Part shown: positions 8,441 to 16,954 of the stretch, one piece after another
How positions within the stretch are numbered: the stretch's first letter is position 1
Layout of the letters: each line of letters begins with the position of its first letter
Origin: Desulfobacteraceae bacterium
GTDB taxonomy: Bacteria; Desulfobacterota; Desulfobacteria; Desulfobacterales; ETH-SRB1
DNA length: 49,887 nucleotides
Assembly: GCA_014237365.1 (NCBI GenBank)
Contig: JABZFQ010000206.1
Coordinates: 1 to 49,887, forward strand
Direction of reading: 5' to 3'
Translations under genes and position numbers: made by a program
Notes under the pieces: model-generated
The model's database searches: none
Told to the model about the DNA's origin: nothing
The model's input: only the letters and a program-made list of their open reading frames with translations

Positions 8441-9746
8441 GACTCAAATCCGCGTTTTCTATCTGCTCGACGGCTTTTTCGATCAACTCCCCGACATCAC
8501 GTTCCAGCCCTGTTTTAGCTCCCCAGGCGTCGAGGTTTTCATGTTTTTCATAGACCAGATTTAAAAGGGCTCCAACGAGTTCCTGCTGCACTTCATACGT
8601 TTTACAAAATTCCTCAATATATTTTTGGTCCAGTTCAATTAAAAACGATGAATTCTTCGGCATATCGACCTCCCTTCCAAATGAATGAGCTATCTTCAAA
8701 GCCGAATTTTCAAAATCAAAATCCTGATTCCATATACTCTGGATATATTCGATTTCAGAATTATCAAGCAACTCCTCATTTATCTCTTTTTCAATTGAAA
8801 GTAAACTGTTAAGGAGCATTTTACGCGTTTCATAGTTGAAAGGGCCGATCCCTTCTCGCTGATTCCGCTTATAAGGTAATCTGTATTTTTCTTCTTCTCT
8901 TATGTTTTTCAGTAAATTGCGGAATTGAGAAAGAGGAAGCATTTCCGATTCACCGGCGGCAATAAATCCTTCCATGGATTTATCATGTTTTACAACTGTA
9001 CATGTCCAGCAACCGAATCTGCTTCCACCACATGATGGTGTATTTAAGTCAAAAATAACGGGACACTCCCCCCCCGCTGCCTGAGAATAGAGATCAAACA
9101 TAAAATCATGTTTTTCTCCCCATGGCGGCGGATTATTGTTTATCAAATAATCCCAAACCATTTGATTTGTCCATTCTGCAATAGGCGAAGCAACAAGAGC
9201 GTTCGGTATTTCATGATGGAAATTTAGTTTCTGTTCGTTATAATCGCGCTTTTCCATACGCATTTTTCTGCTCGAACTCTCATCTTTCCTCGTGCCCAGT
9301 AATAGAATGACACTCCCATACTGTTTAGTTATTTTATCAATTACCCTGCGTGCAGGCTTGATTTTCATTTTCGACGTACACCATCTAAACCATCTCGTGG
9401 GGGAGGGGTATCCTTTTCCAATTAAATTTCCCCAAAAACTCTCTTCAGGTCTCGGCTTAACTAAAATCGTTTCAAGAGGAAGAGAGTATTCATCGGCGTG
9501 TCTTGATACACATTTTAATGAATATATCATATAATTTTTAATATTGGGAGCTTCAACTCTCGTATCCGTGGTAAGGACATAAACAGGTTTATACATTGAC
9601 TTGTCGAGTTCATGTAACAATTCCACCACAAGTTGCAATACTAAAGTCGAATCTTTTCCCCCTGAATAAGCTACTACCCATGCTCTTTTATCATTTTTAA
9701 AAAGATTCTTAAGATATTGCCGTGTGTTTTCGATAGTTTTATCCAT
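8430..9746 (-). CDS. dndC: DNA phosphorothioation PP-loop ATPase/sulfurtransferase DndC (PAPS-reductase fold)
   Basis: 438 aa. The PP-loop is AYSGGKDSTLV. The Cys cluster is CPVIFDLNTPSCGGSRFGCWTCTVVKHDKSM, characteristic of DndC. It is the first gene of the operon. Confidence 0.8.
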   Translation of the reverse strand: MDKTIENTRQYLKNLFKNDKRAWVVAYSGGKDSTLVLQLVVELLHELDKSMYKPVYVLTTDTRVEAPNIKNYMIYSLKCVSRHADEYSLPLETILVKPRPEESFWGNLIGKGYPSPTRWFRWCTSKMKIKPARRVIDKITKQYGSVILLLGTRKDESSSRKMRMEKRDYNEQKLNFHHEIPNALVASPIAEWTNQMVWDYLINNNPPPWGEKHDFMFDLYSQAAGGECPVIFDLNTPSCGGSRFGCWTCTVVKHDKSMEGFIAAGESEMLPLSQFRNLLKNIREEEKYRLPYKRNQREGIGPFNYETRKMLLNSLLSIEKEINEELLDNSEIEYIQSIWNQDFDFENSALKIAHSFGREVDMPKNSSFLIELDQKYIEEFCKTYEVQQELVGALLNLVYEKHENLDAWGAKTGLERDVGELIEKAVEQIENADLSHDH

Positions 9747-9776
9747 AAGTTGGGGATTGTCCCTTATTATGTGGGT

Positions 9777-10062
9777 GGTCCCTACAAAAGAGCGCAGGTC
9801 AATAATTTCAAGCAGTTAGCGCTCAGTTGCGGTGAATGAGTTCATGCGTGAATCAAGGGTTTGCAGAGTATACCAAGCATTTTTTTGACCACCTGCACTG
9901 TTTTGTAGGAACTATAGACTTTCGGTAGTCCCTACAAAGCAGTGCAGGTTTGGGAATACTGCCCTGTTTTACTATGTAAATACCTGGTTTTTTGCTATGT
10001 GTTGCCAGAAGACATGATATGTAACTTATTGAAATTATTGACCCTCGTTGCTTTGTAGGCAC
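9777..10062. mobile_element. MITE-2 (about 286-bp foldback element), complete copy
   Basis: Roughly 40-bp imperfect terminal inverted repeats: GGTCCCTACAAAAGAGCGCAGGTCAATAATTTCAAGCAGTTA against the reverse complement of TAACTTATTGAAATTATTGACCCTCGTTGCTTTGTAGGCAC. A central hairpin pairs CCTGCACTGTTTTGTAGGAAC with GTCCCTACAAAGCAGTGCAGG. Partial copies lie at 22296-22553 and 34754-35050. Confidence 0.7.
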
Positions 10063-10354
10063 TGCCAAAATACAAGATCAACAAAGTGTAAACTACTTTT
10101 GACTTGTCGTGAAGGATGCCAAAAAATTCTACTAATTTTATAAAAAATGGGTGCCACAAATTATCAATCGACTATGGCATGCACAGTTGTTATTGGCTAA
10201 AGTTAGAACCAAGTCCGAATTTGTTTTGAATTGCGGATTTCGTTATTCAAATTTTGCCTAAACATGACTTTTCGTTCAGGCGTTTTAATTTTAATTACCT
10301 GCAACTCCCTCAGATTGTTAAGTTATTATTTGAGTTTTTAAATTTCTGATGATG

Positions 10355-10876
10355 TTATTGAATTTGTTGCGGGCCCAACGTAAGTTCTATATTTAAGAGG
10401 CTTGGTTTTAAAATTTTAGTCCGTTTGATCCACCCTTTTTTTTCTATAATCACCGGAATATCAAATAACCTCACCATTCTTTCTTTATAAAGGAAATAGT
10501 AACCTGCTACAATAGCTATATATTTTGCGCCCTCGGCTCGGTTCAAAGTAAAAGTCAAATCTTGCCCGGGATGAATGATTAATCTTTCTGAACCAGCCAC
10601 ACTGGCATCAAAAAGGCCGCATTCCAAAAGTTTGTAAAGTCCGTTATTATCGCCGGCAAGGTGATTGAAAGTATTCGGATCTCTGAGTTGATAAACACAT
10701 ATAAGGAGAGTGTGAGGCGATCCCTCGTGGAGGTTTAATTGAAAATCGGCTTTTAAGTGAAGTTGAACAGCCTCATTTTCGTATCTCCACTCCGGAGGGG
10801 CAAGAGGCTGGGACGCACATGAACAGACTCCTAAAGCAAGCAACCACAGGAACAGTATTTTAATATATTTTTTCAC
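10355..10876 (-). CDS. tssJ: T6SS outer-membrane lipoprotein TssJ
   Basis: 173 aa. Lipoprotein signal with lipobox (LALGVCSC). The size and the VYQLRDPNTF segment are typical of TssJ/SciN. Confidence 0.7.
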   Translation of the reverse strand: MKKYIKILFLWLLALGVCSCASQPLAPPEWRYENEAVQLHLKADFQLNLHEGSPHTLLICVYQLRDPNTFNHLAGDNNGLYKLLECGLFDASVAGSERLIIHPGQDLTFTLNRAEGAKYIAIVAGYYFLYKERMVRLFDIPVIIEKKGWIKRTKILKPSLLNIELTLGPQQIQ

Positions 10877-10888
10877 TTTATTATCTCC

Positions 10889-11623
10889 TTATAGTACGAA
10901 CAATTTCTGAGAATTCTTTTCAAATTCTCTTAAGAATTTCTCCATAAAGCGTCCTGAATCAAACCATTTTTTGCATGTATAAAACTTTTTTTCATATACT
11001 TCAAACAATTCTGCTTTTTGGAAAGGACCGAACTTAAAACCTCCGCTACCCGCGGTTTTGATCTGCTCAGGGTCCAATTCGTTTAGAATTTCGCCTATCT
11101 CGGTGTGGGCAGCCTCTTTAAATGCTTGATGTGCAATCAGAAAGGCTTTTTCGATCTGTCCAAGATAGCTCGAAAGGGATCGAGCATGGCTTTCTCCACC
11201 TTCCAGATAAAAACCTATGACCTGCCTGATCGTTTCATCCCCGATGCTTTTGCCAAGAAAGGCTGTATTAATCACACCCACCACTTGATTGAGGGCGTCA
11301 AAGATAGTATTCAAGGATTCAGCCAATTTTTGTAAAAGTTCTGTGGAAGATAGATCGGCCTGAGATATCCTTCTTCCTAACATTAACGAAAAAAGTCTCG
11401 CAAGAACCTCTTTATCTATGCTTGAATCTCTGTATCTATTTGAAATCGCTGCATTAAATTCATCAGCCAGCCTCTCAAGCAACGTTAATTTTTTGCTATC
11501 TGAAAATTTTTTTAGTTTTTCTTCAAGATATGTTTCGATTAAAGTTTCAGCATGCAGGCGATCTGACTTATAAATTCTTTTGATTTCATTTGATAGTTGT
11601 TCTATTGATATTTGGTTGTTCAT
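10889..11623 (-). CDS. T6SS-associated protein resembling the non-FHA C-terminal region of TagH/ImpI
   Basis: The ORF track gives 10889..11707. I prefer the ATG at 11623 (MNNQISIEQL), 5 nt after the upstream stop and preceded by GGGGA. The resemblance to the TagH C-terminus (AHQAFKEA...LDPEQI...FEVYEKKF...FMEKFLREFE) is judged by eye only. Confidence 0.4.
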   Translation of the reverse strand: MNNQISIEQLSNEIKRIYKSDRLHAETLIETYLEEKLKKFSDSKKLTLLERLADEFNAAISNRYRDSSIDKEVLARLFSLMLGRRISQADLSSTELLQKLAESLNTIFDALNQVVGVINTAFLGKSIGDETIRQVIGFYLEGGESHARSLSSYLGQIEKAFLIAHQAFKEAAHTEIGEILNELDPEQIKTAGSGGFKFGPFQKAELFEVYEKKFYTCKKWFDSGRFMEKFLREFEKNSQKLFVL

Positions 11624-11627
11624 TCCC

Positions 11628-13616
11628 CTATCTCTTGTCATTACTATTCTCCGGATAAAGGATAACCGTCTCAGATATAAAATCGTTTTCCTTGGGTTTG
11701 CCTGCATCCTTTTTTATGGATGAAAGAGTCGACTTCTCTGACGGAGTAATAACAACTGTTACCGGAATATCGTTCTCCTCTGCCTGAACAGACGGTAATT
11801 TCTCTTTTCTAAAGTCATCAGGCAAAAGGATAACCGTTTCTTCTATCCCATTTTCATCTTGTGAGACAACATTGGTATTATCAAACCGCTCCCTGCTTGC
11901 TGTTGATACACCAACCGTTTTTTCTAATTCATCCTTTTGTGCATCCAGGCCAATACTCCATTTTTCCGTGATCTTAGCGAGAATGTCAGAAATAACCTTA
12001 TTTTCCGAAGCAGGCTCTGCTTGTACAAAATTGAGCTGCTGAGAAAACAATTTGTGTTTGACCTCTTTTCTGAGGTTTTCCAACTCTTGCTGAAATTTGT
12101 CCTTCGACCATTTAGAATTTTCTATCAAGCCAGTCCTCAACTCAATCTTCAATAAAGACCAGCCCAAACCAATAGATTTTTCCCAAAGCCCCACCCAGTC
12201 TTGACTAATACTCTTTACATCAGGAATCCAGAAAATATTTTCAGGAGAAAAAGCCCCATCGGAGCTGTTCTTTAGAAAGCTCTCCAGGTTATCATCATTT
12301 GAGACTATTTTCTCAATTTTTTCTCCAAGACTCACATATACTTCTGAAACACCTTGTTTTTTGTTGACCAGAAGCGTGTAAAACCAAATAATCCCCAGAA
12401 AATGGGGGCTGGAATATGGGAATAATTTAGGAAAAAACGGTGGCTCGACGGCATTTCCCCCTATGTCTATAAAGTTTAGTTTAAAATTCCAGAACAATGG
12501 CAACAGGCCACTCTGGTCTGCAAGGTTAATCCAAATTCTATCGATAGATAAACCAAATCCAGGATCATCCATCCTGGAAAAAATAGTCTGAACAAGCTCG
12601 CCCAAAAAAGAAAGCTTTAAATACAAGACTTCCAGAAAATATCTTTTGTTTTTATCAAAGAAAAAAGGGGTTGTTGCCAGACTATTTTGTTTTAAAGCCT
12701 TCAAACAGTTTATTCTGCCTAATTCTTGTTTTTCGCTAAGCCGACTTTCCAGATCGTCAAATGAGGCGCCTGAAATTAGAGACAAAAAATCATGAATATT
12801 AATCGACCCGGCTTCAAAAATCAACATGTGAAAAGGATAAAAAGAAATTGGAACGATTTTTAAAACAGCTAAACAGTCTGATCCATAGCACTCCTGGTGG
12901 CTGGAGCAATCAATACAAGGAAACTGATTTAAGTGGTTTTTCACTTCTGTGACGCGACCGAAGTCTTTAATCAATTCCCACCTGTCTTTAAGTAGGGAAT
13001 GATCAGAGCTCTCCAATGAAAAAACGTAAAAATTGGATTCACCTGTTGAACCAAAACACGACGAACAAAACAGATAGCGCTTAAGTGAAGCAGAATACGG
13101 CTGAAACCCCAAGCCAGTCAAAATATCGTCATCATAGCATTGTTGAAGAGGCAGCCCACAGATCGGACACGGGGGGTGAAAAAAGATCTGCTTTGATTTG
13201 CAAAAAAATAAAGGCTGGAAAGGTATCAACCCTCCGTTTTCTCCGATTTGATCAGCCAGGATGATGGCGGAACCATCCTGGTTTTTTTTCGAAGAAAACA
13301 AAAAGGCCTTCTGCCAGCATTGATCAACATCCTGGTTATTGAAAGGCCTTAATTCATCCCGTGTTAGATGATATTCATTTTTTTGCAACAAAAGGAATGC
13401 TCGTTTAATTTCACTTCCGGCATCGGTAACAAACCGAGCCTCAATGAGCCTGGCAAAAGGGTCTGACTCACTGATAATTAGAAATGGAAAAGAAGATTTT
13501 TCCAGGATGGAAATATCTTGAGAGATCAAAGAAAAATTCAATTGGAACTTCGTATCGGTAATTTCAAGATAAGGTAGTAAAGATGGCATCTCAATATTAT
13601 TATTGGCATCCGTCAT
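11628..13616 (-). CDS. Hypothetical 662-aa protein with Cys-rich (zinc-ribbon-like) motifs, inside the T6SS regulatory block
   Basis: Long ORF with no family I recognise. Cys motifs are HPPCPICGLPLQQC...FCSSCFGS and FPCIDCSSHQECYGSDC. Lies between the kinase and the TagH-C-like gene. Confidence 0.6.
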   Translation of the reverse strand: MTDANNNIEMPSLLPYLEITDTKFQLNFSLISQDISILEKSSFPFLIISESDPFARLIEARFVTDAGSEIKRAFLLLQKNEYHLTRDELRPFNNQDVDQCWQKAFLFSSKKNQDGSAIILADQIGENGGLIPFQPLFFCKSKQIFFHPPCPICGLPLQQCYDDDILTGLGFQPYSASLKRYLFCSSCFGSTGESNFYVFSLESSDHSLLKDRWELIKDFGRVTEVKNHLNQFPCIDCSSHQECYGSDCLAVLKIVPISFYPFHMLIFEAGSINIHDFLSLISGASFDDLESRLSEKQELGRINCLKALKQNSLATTPFFFDKNKRYFLEVLYLKLSFLGELVQTIFSRMDDPGFGLSIDRIWINLADQSGLLPLFWNFKLNFIDIGGNAVEPPFFPKLFPYSSPHFLGIIWFYTLLVNKKQGVSEVYVSLGEKIEKIVSNDDNLESFLKNSSDGAFSPENIFWIPDVKSISQDWVGLWEKSIGLGWSLLKIELRTGLIENSKWSKDKFQQELENLRKEVKHKLFSQQLNFVQAEPASENKVISDILAKITEKWSIGLDAQKDELEKTVGVSTASRERFDNTNVVSQDENGIEETVILLPDDFRKEKLPSVQAEENDIPVTVVITPSEKSTLSSIKKDAGKPKENDFISETVILYPENSNDKR

Positions 13617-13685
13617 AATTAGCCCAAAATAGTTTACACTTTTAAGGGTAAAAATATCTCCATTAATTAAGAGCGGGAATTGCTG

Positions 13686-15317
13686 CTAAAATATTTTCTC
13701 TTTTTTGAAGTGCTTCTCCATAAAGTCTGCAAGATTTGATCTGTCATAACTGATGTTTAATTTTGTTTTGAGGTGTATCAAATCGTCATGAAGTTCCTGA
13801 GCGCTTTGATATCTTGATTTTTTGTCTTTCTCCAGGCATTTCATCACAATTCTATTTAACTCATCAGGAATATCCGGTCTTAATTTTATTATAGGGGCTA
13901 TTTCTTTTTCCGGAATGAATCTGATGGCTTCTAAATCACTGCCAAATTGATATAATCTTTTCCCTGATAATATTTCATAAAAGACAATACCCAACGCATA
14001 TATGTCAGCTCTATGATCTACAGATTGCCCCAATGCCTGTTCCGGAGACATATAGGAAAGTTTACCTTTAATTACACCAGCCAGAGTTAAACTTGGCTCA
14101 GATCTGGCTTTTGAGATTCCGAAATCGCTTATCTTAACCTCTCCTTGAAATGAAACAAGGATATTCTGAGGACTAATGTCTCGATGAACAATGTTCAGAG
14201 GTTCTCCGGTCTTGTCATCTATTTTGGAATGTGAGTACTGCAAACCTCTACTGATCTGTGAAACAAGAAAAATTGACTGATCAACAGAGAGACCCTTTTT
14301 TGCCTCCACAGTGATTTCAGCCAGATTTTTGCCGCGGATATATTCCATAGAGATAAAGTAAACATTCTGAAACTTGCCAAAATCATTTATCTGAACAATG
14401 TTTGGATGTTGCAATAATGCAGCCAGCCTGGCCTCTCGGATGAACATTTTAATAAACTCTAAATTTTCAATAAGATGAGGCAGTATTTTTTTTATGGCTA
14501 CAATCCTTCGAAAACCATCCTCGCGCACAAAGTCTGCCAGGAATAACTCGGCCATTCCTCCTTGCGCTATTTTCTTTTGCAATATATAAGGGCCGATCCG
14601 AGTCATACCTTCCAATTCTTTTTGAATTTTTAATGCTTTTGTTTTAGAAATACGATCTATCGCTGCCATAATTGCTGAAAACAATAAAAGACTAAAGACT
14701 ATCGCATAGACAAAGAGCGCTTTGTATTTACTTATGGAGCTATATAAGTGGGTTGAAGAAAATATTAAATACACTTTGCCGATATTTATTCCGGAAAAGG
14801 TGACAATTGTTGAAAAGCTGACAATTTTTTCATTGTTGGGTAAAGACTTTGCTTCGATAAAAACCCCTTTAATGGTAGCTATATATCTCCCATTTTTTAT
14901 GGGAATAAGGGTTTCATTTATCATATCAGAATCGGTATGAACCACCAACTTATTTTCATGATTCAGAATCGATATGAATATCAAGTTATTACTACCTTCA
15001 ACCTCACCGATTGTCACATTCAGAGACAAGATATTCTTTTCTAAAAGAGACGGGCCAATCATATCGGCAAGCTTCCGGGTCACTAACAATCCGTGTTGAT
15101 AAAAATCGTTATTCAAATGTTTTACACTGCTATTTAAAATTAAATAGCCAGTTACAGAGGCTATGAACCAAATGATAAGACATATAATTATGCTGTTTTT
15201 ATTACGTCGAACAAATTCTATCGTAAGTAATTTACTAGTGGTCTTCTTGAAAATGTTAGTTGGGAATTCTTTTACCCATAACATGGTTGTTGAGGCAATT
15301 TCGCGAACAGACGCCAT
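13686..15317 (-). CDS. Membrane Ser/Thr protein kinase (PpkA-like role) with N-terminal TM-bounded sensor domain
   Basis: 543 aa. Two TM helices bracket a roughly 140-aa domain. The Hanks kinase motifs are VAIKKI, HRDISPQNIL, DFGISK and SYMSPEQ. Confidence 0.85.
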   Translation of the reverse strand: MASVREIASTTMLWVKEFPTNIFKKTTSKLLTIEFVRRNKNSIIICLIIWFIASVTGYLILNSSVKHLNNDFYQHGLLVTRKLADMIGPSLLEKNILSLNVTIGEVEGSNNLIFISILNHENKLVVHTDSDMINETLIPIKNGRYIATIKGVFIEAKSLPNNEKIVSFSTIVTFSGINIGKVYLIFSSTHLYSSISKYKALFVYAIVFSLLLFSAIMAAIDRISKTKALKIQKELEGMTRIGPYILQKKIAQGGMAELFLADFVREDGFRRIVAIKKILPHLIENLEFIKMFIREARLAALLQHPNIVQINDFGKFQNVYFISMEYIRGKNLAEITVEAKKGLSVDQSIFLVSQISRGLQYSHSKIDDKTGEPLNIVHRDISPQNILVSFQGEVKISDFGISKARSEPSLTLAGVIKGKLSYMSPEQALGQSVDHRADIYALGIVFYEILSGKRLYQFGSDLEAIRFIPEKEIAPIIKLRPDIPDELNRIVMKCLEKDKKSRYQSAQELHDDLIHLKTKLNISYDRSNLADFMEKHFKKEKIF

Positions 15318-15337
15318 GGGAACCTCTCTATCAAAGG

Positions 15338-16204
15338 CTAAACAGCCAGTTTCTTAATAATTTCTATGCATCGGACAATTAGTTGACGTGTCAACCAACC
15401 CAGATCTTTTCTTTTAGCTATTTCCGATAAGAAGATTTCTTTAGATTTATAAAATCCTCCTGGTTTCAGTTTACTATTTGTTGACCGGATAATCCTGAAC
15501 CTGTCCAAGTTTATATAATTAAAAACTTCTTGGGAAAAAGGTTTATTTGTTCCACACAAAGGGCATGCAATACAGGTTGTTTCCGCGAAAACACCCCCTC
15601 CGCTGGCCTGTGATCTATAAACAGCTTTCAGCTTGATAACTATAGACCTAACTTCTTTGTAATATAACACAATTATTACAAAAAATAATATGGTAAAACT
15701 CGAAAGCGCACCAAAACCAAAGCGTTTTTCAAATTTATCAATCTCAGCGGCTGAAATAGCCAGATATATTTCGCCAATCTTTGTTTTTGCATAAGTCACA
15801 TCTGAAGAAAAGCTGACAATCCTTTTGTAGTCGGATGCATCCTCTTCCCAAAAAGAAACTTGATCAACAGTGCGTGCCCTTTCATTTATTGTAGACATTA
15901 CCAATTCAACATTGGTGTAAGCCATGATGTTGTTTTTATGATCAATAATAGCTGCATAAACTATATCCGAATTACTGGTAGCTTCATTAAGCAATGCACT
16001 CAGAGTTGGCATATTCAGTTCTAACAGTGGTAAACTGGCACGACTGGAAAACACTCTGGCCATTTCTACTCCGGATTGACTGATAGTCTTCCTTACCCTG
16101 CTAATTTTACTTGCAGTAATCATATAGAAAACAGCAATACACATCCACCAGGCTAAGAAACAAAACAGGATTAAACGGCTTCTGTTTTTCTGTACCAATT
16201 TCAT
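15338..16204 (-). CDS. Membrane protein with sensor domain paralogous to the kinase N-terminus, plus a CxxC motif
   Basis: 288 aa. The TM, roughly 135-aa domain, TM layout aligns by eye with the kinase N-terminus (AAIIDHKNNIMAYTN vs ISILNHENKLVVHTD; IVSFSSDVTYAKTKIGEIYLAIS vs IVSFSTIVTFSGINIGKVYLIFS). The cytoplasmic tail contains CIACPLCG. Confidence 0.65.
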   Translation of the reverse strand: MKLVQKNRSRLILFCFLAWWMCIAVFYMITASKISRVRKTISQSGVEMARVFSSRASLPLLELNMPTLSALLNEATSNSDIVYAAIIDHKNNIMAYTNVELVMSTINERARTVDQVSFWEEDASDYKRIVSFSSDVTYAKTKIGEIYLAISAAEIDKFEKRFGFGALSSFTILFFVIIVLYYKEVRSIVIKLKAVYRSQASGGGVFAETTCIACPLCGTNKPFSQEVFNYINLDRFRIIRSTNSKLKPGGFYKSKEIFLSEIAKRKDLGWLTRQLIVRCIEIIKKLAV

Positions 16205-16267
16205 TTAAAGTATCTTGTTTACTATAAAATTCGCTAAATTTGTAGAAATCATACAATAGTTCAACCA

Positions 16268-16328
16268 CTTCCCCAACTATGCATCACAGCTTCAGGCCGC
16301 CTTTGTTCGATCTCAAACCCCAAAAATA
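16268..16328 (+). repeat. MITE-1 internal fragment (truncated at both ends)
   Basis: CTTCCCCAACTATGCATCACAGCTTCAGGCCGCCTTTGTTCGATCTCAAACCCCAAAAATA. This is the reverse complement of 16716-16761 and extends it toward the TIR. Confidence 0.75.
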
Positions 16329-16611
16329 AGGAATGTGGAGAAAATTATTGTAATAATGAAAAATTGTCAAGTATCTTCTTTTTTGTATCAGCGGAGAATC
16401 CTTATCCTGCCCCATAGGGATAATTGAGAATAGCCCGGCACCTTATTGCCAGGCAGAGGTATACAAAATGCATTCAGTATCATAGGGACGACAGAATCCT
16501 GTGCTGATGATGTTTTGACTACCTCCAGTCCATCAAAAATATAGGAAACACAAGAAGGATGCACCACATCCGACAATTCTCATTATCGTGGTCCAGATTA
16601 GCTGATGCTGA

Positions 16612-16761
16612 TTAGGAACGTGGACGAAATAACTTCCCCAAGAAGGCGCACAGATTTGGGTCGAATTTGTTTGATCTCAGATCACAAAAGTTGATGGAAT
16701 AGCTTACCTATTTCAATATTTTTGGGGTTTGAGATCGAACAAAGGCGGCCTGAAGCTGTGA
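16612..16761 (-). mobile_element. MITE-1 copy lacking its distal terminal repeat
   Basis: TTA + GGAACGTGGACGAAATAACTTCCCCAAGAAGGCGCACAGATTTGGG... The homology stops after GAAGCTGTGAT. Confidence 0.8.
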
Positions 16762-16954
16762 TATTCCGAGGCTTGCTATGATTGAATTGCTGCCAGCATA
16801 GAGAAATCCAGACTTGGCCATGATTGTACTGACAAACCTACCCAAACGAAAACAAACAATATTTTATATGTAGTTAAATTTGCCACGGCAAATTTAAAGT
16901 GTTATCCAAAAAAGCCTTGATTTTTTCCTTGAAACAATATTATTTATTTAAATA

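Noticed and set aside
9777-10062. Repeated CCTACAAAG(C)AGTGCAGG-type motifs (also at 22530 and 35020) looked at first like CRISPR repeats
   Set aside because: There are only four units. They are in alternating orientation with irregular spacing and form terminal and central inverted repeats of one element. No regular repeat-spacer periodicity and no cas genes are present. I interpret it as a MITE.
16388-16576. 62-aa ORF between the two MITE-1 fragments
   Set aside because: It has no recognisable motif and no RBS. It is probably non-coding or a decayed remnant.
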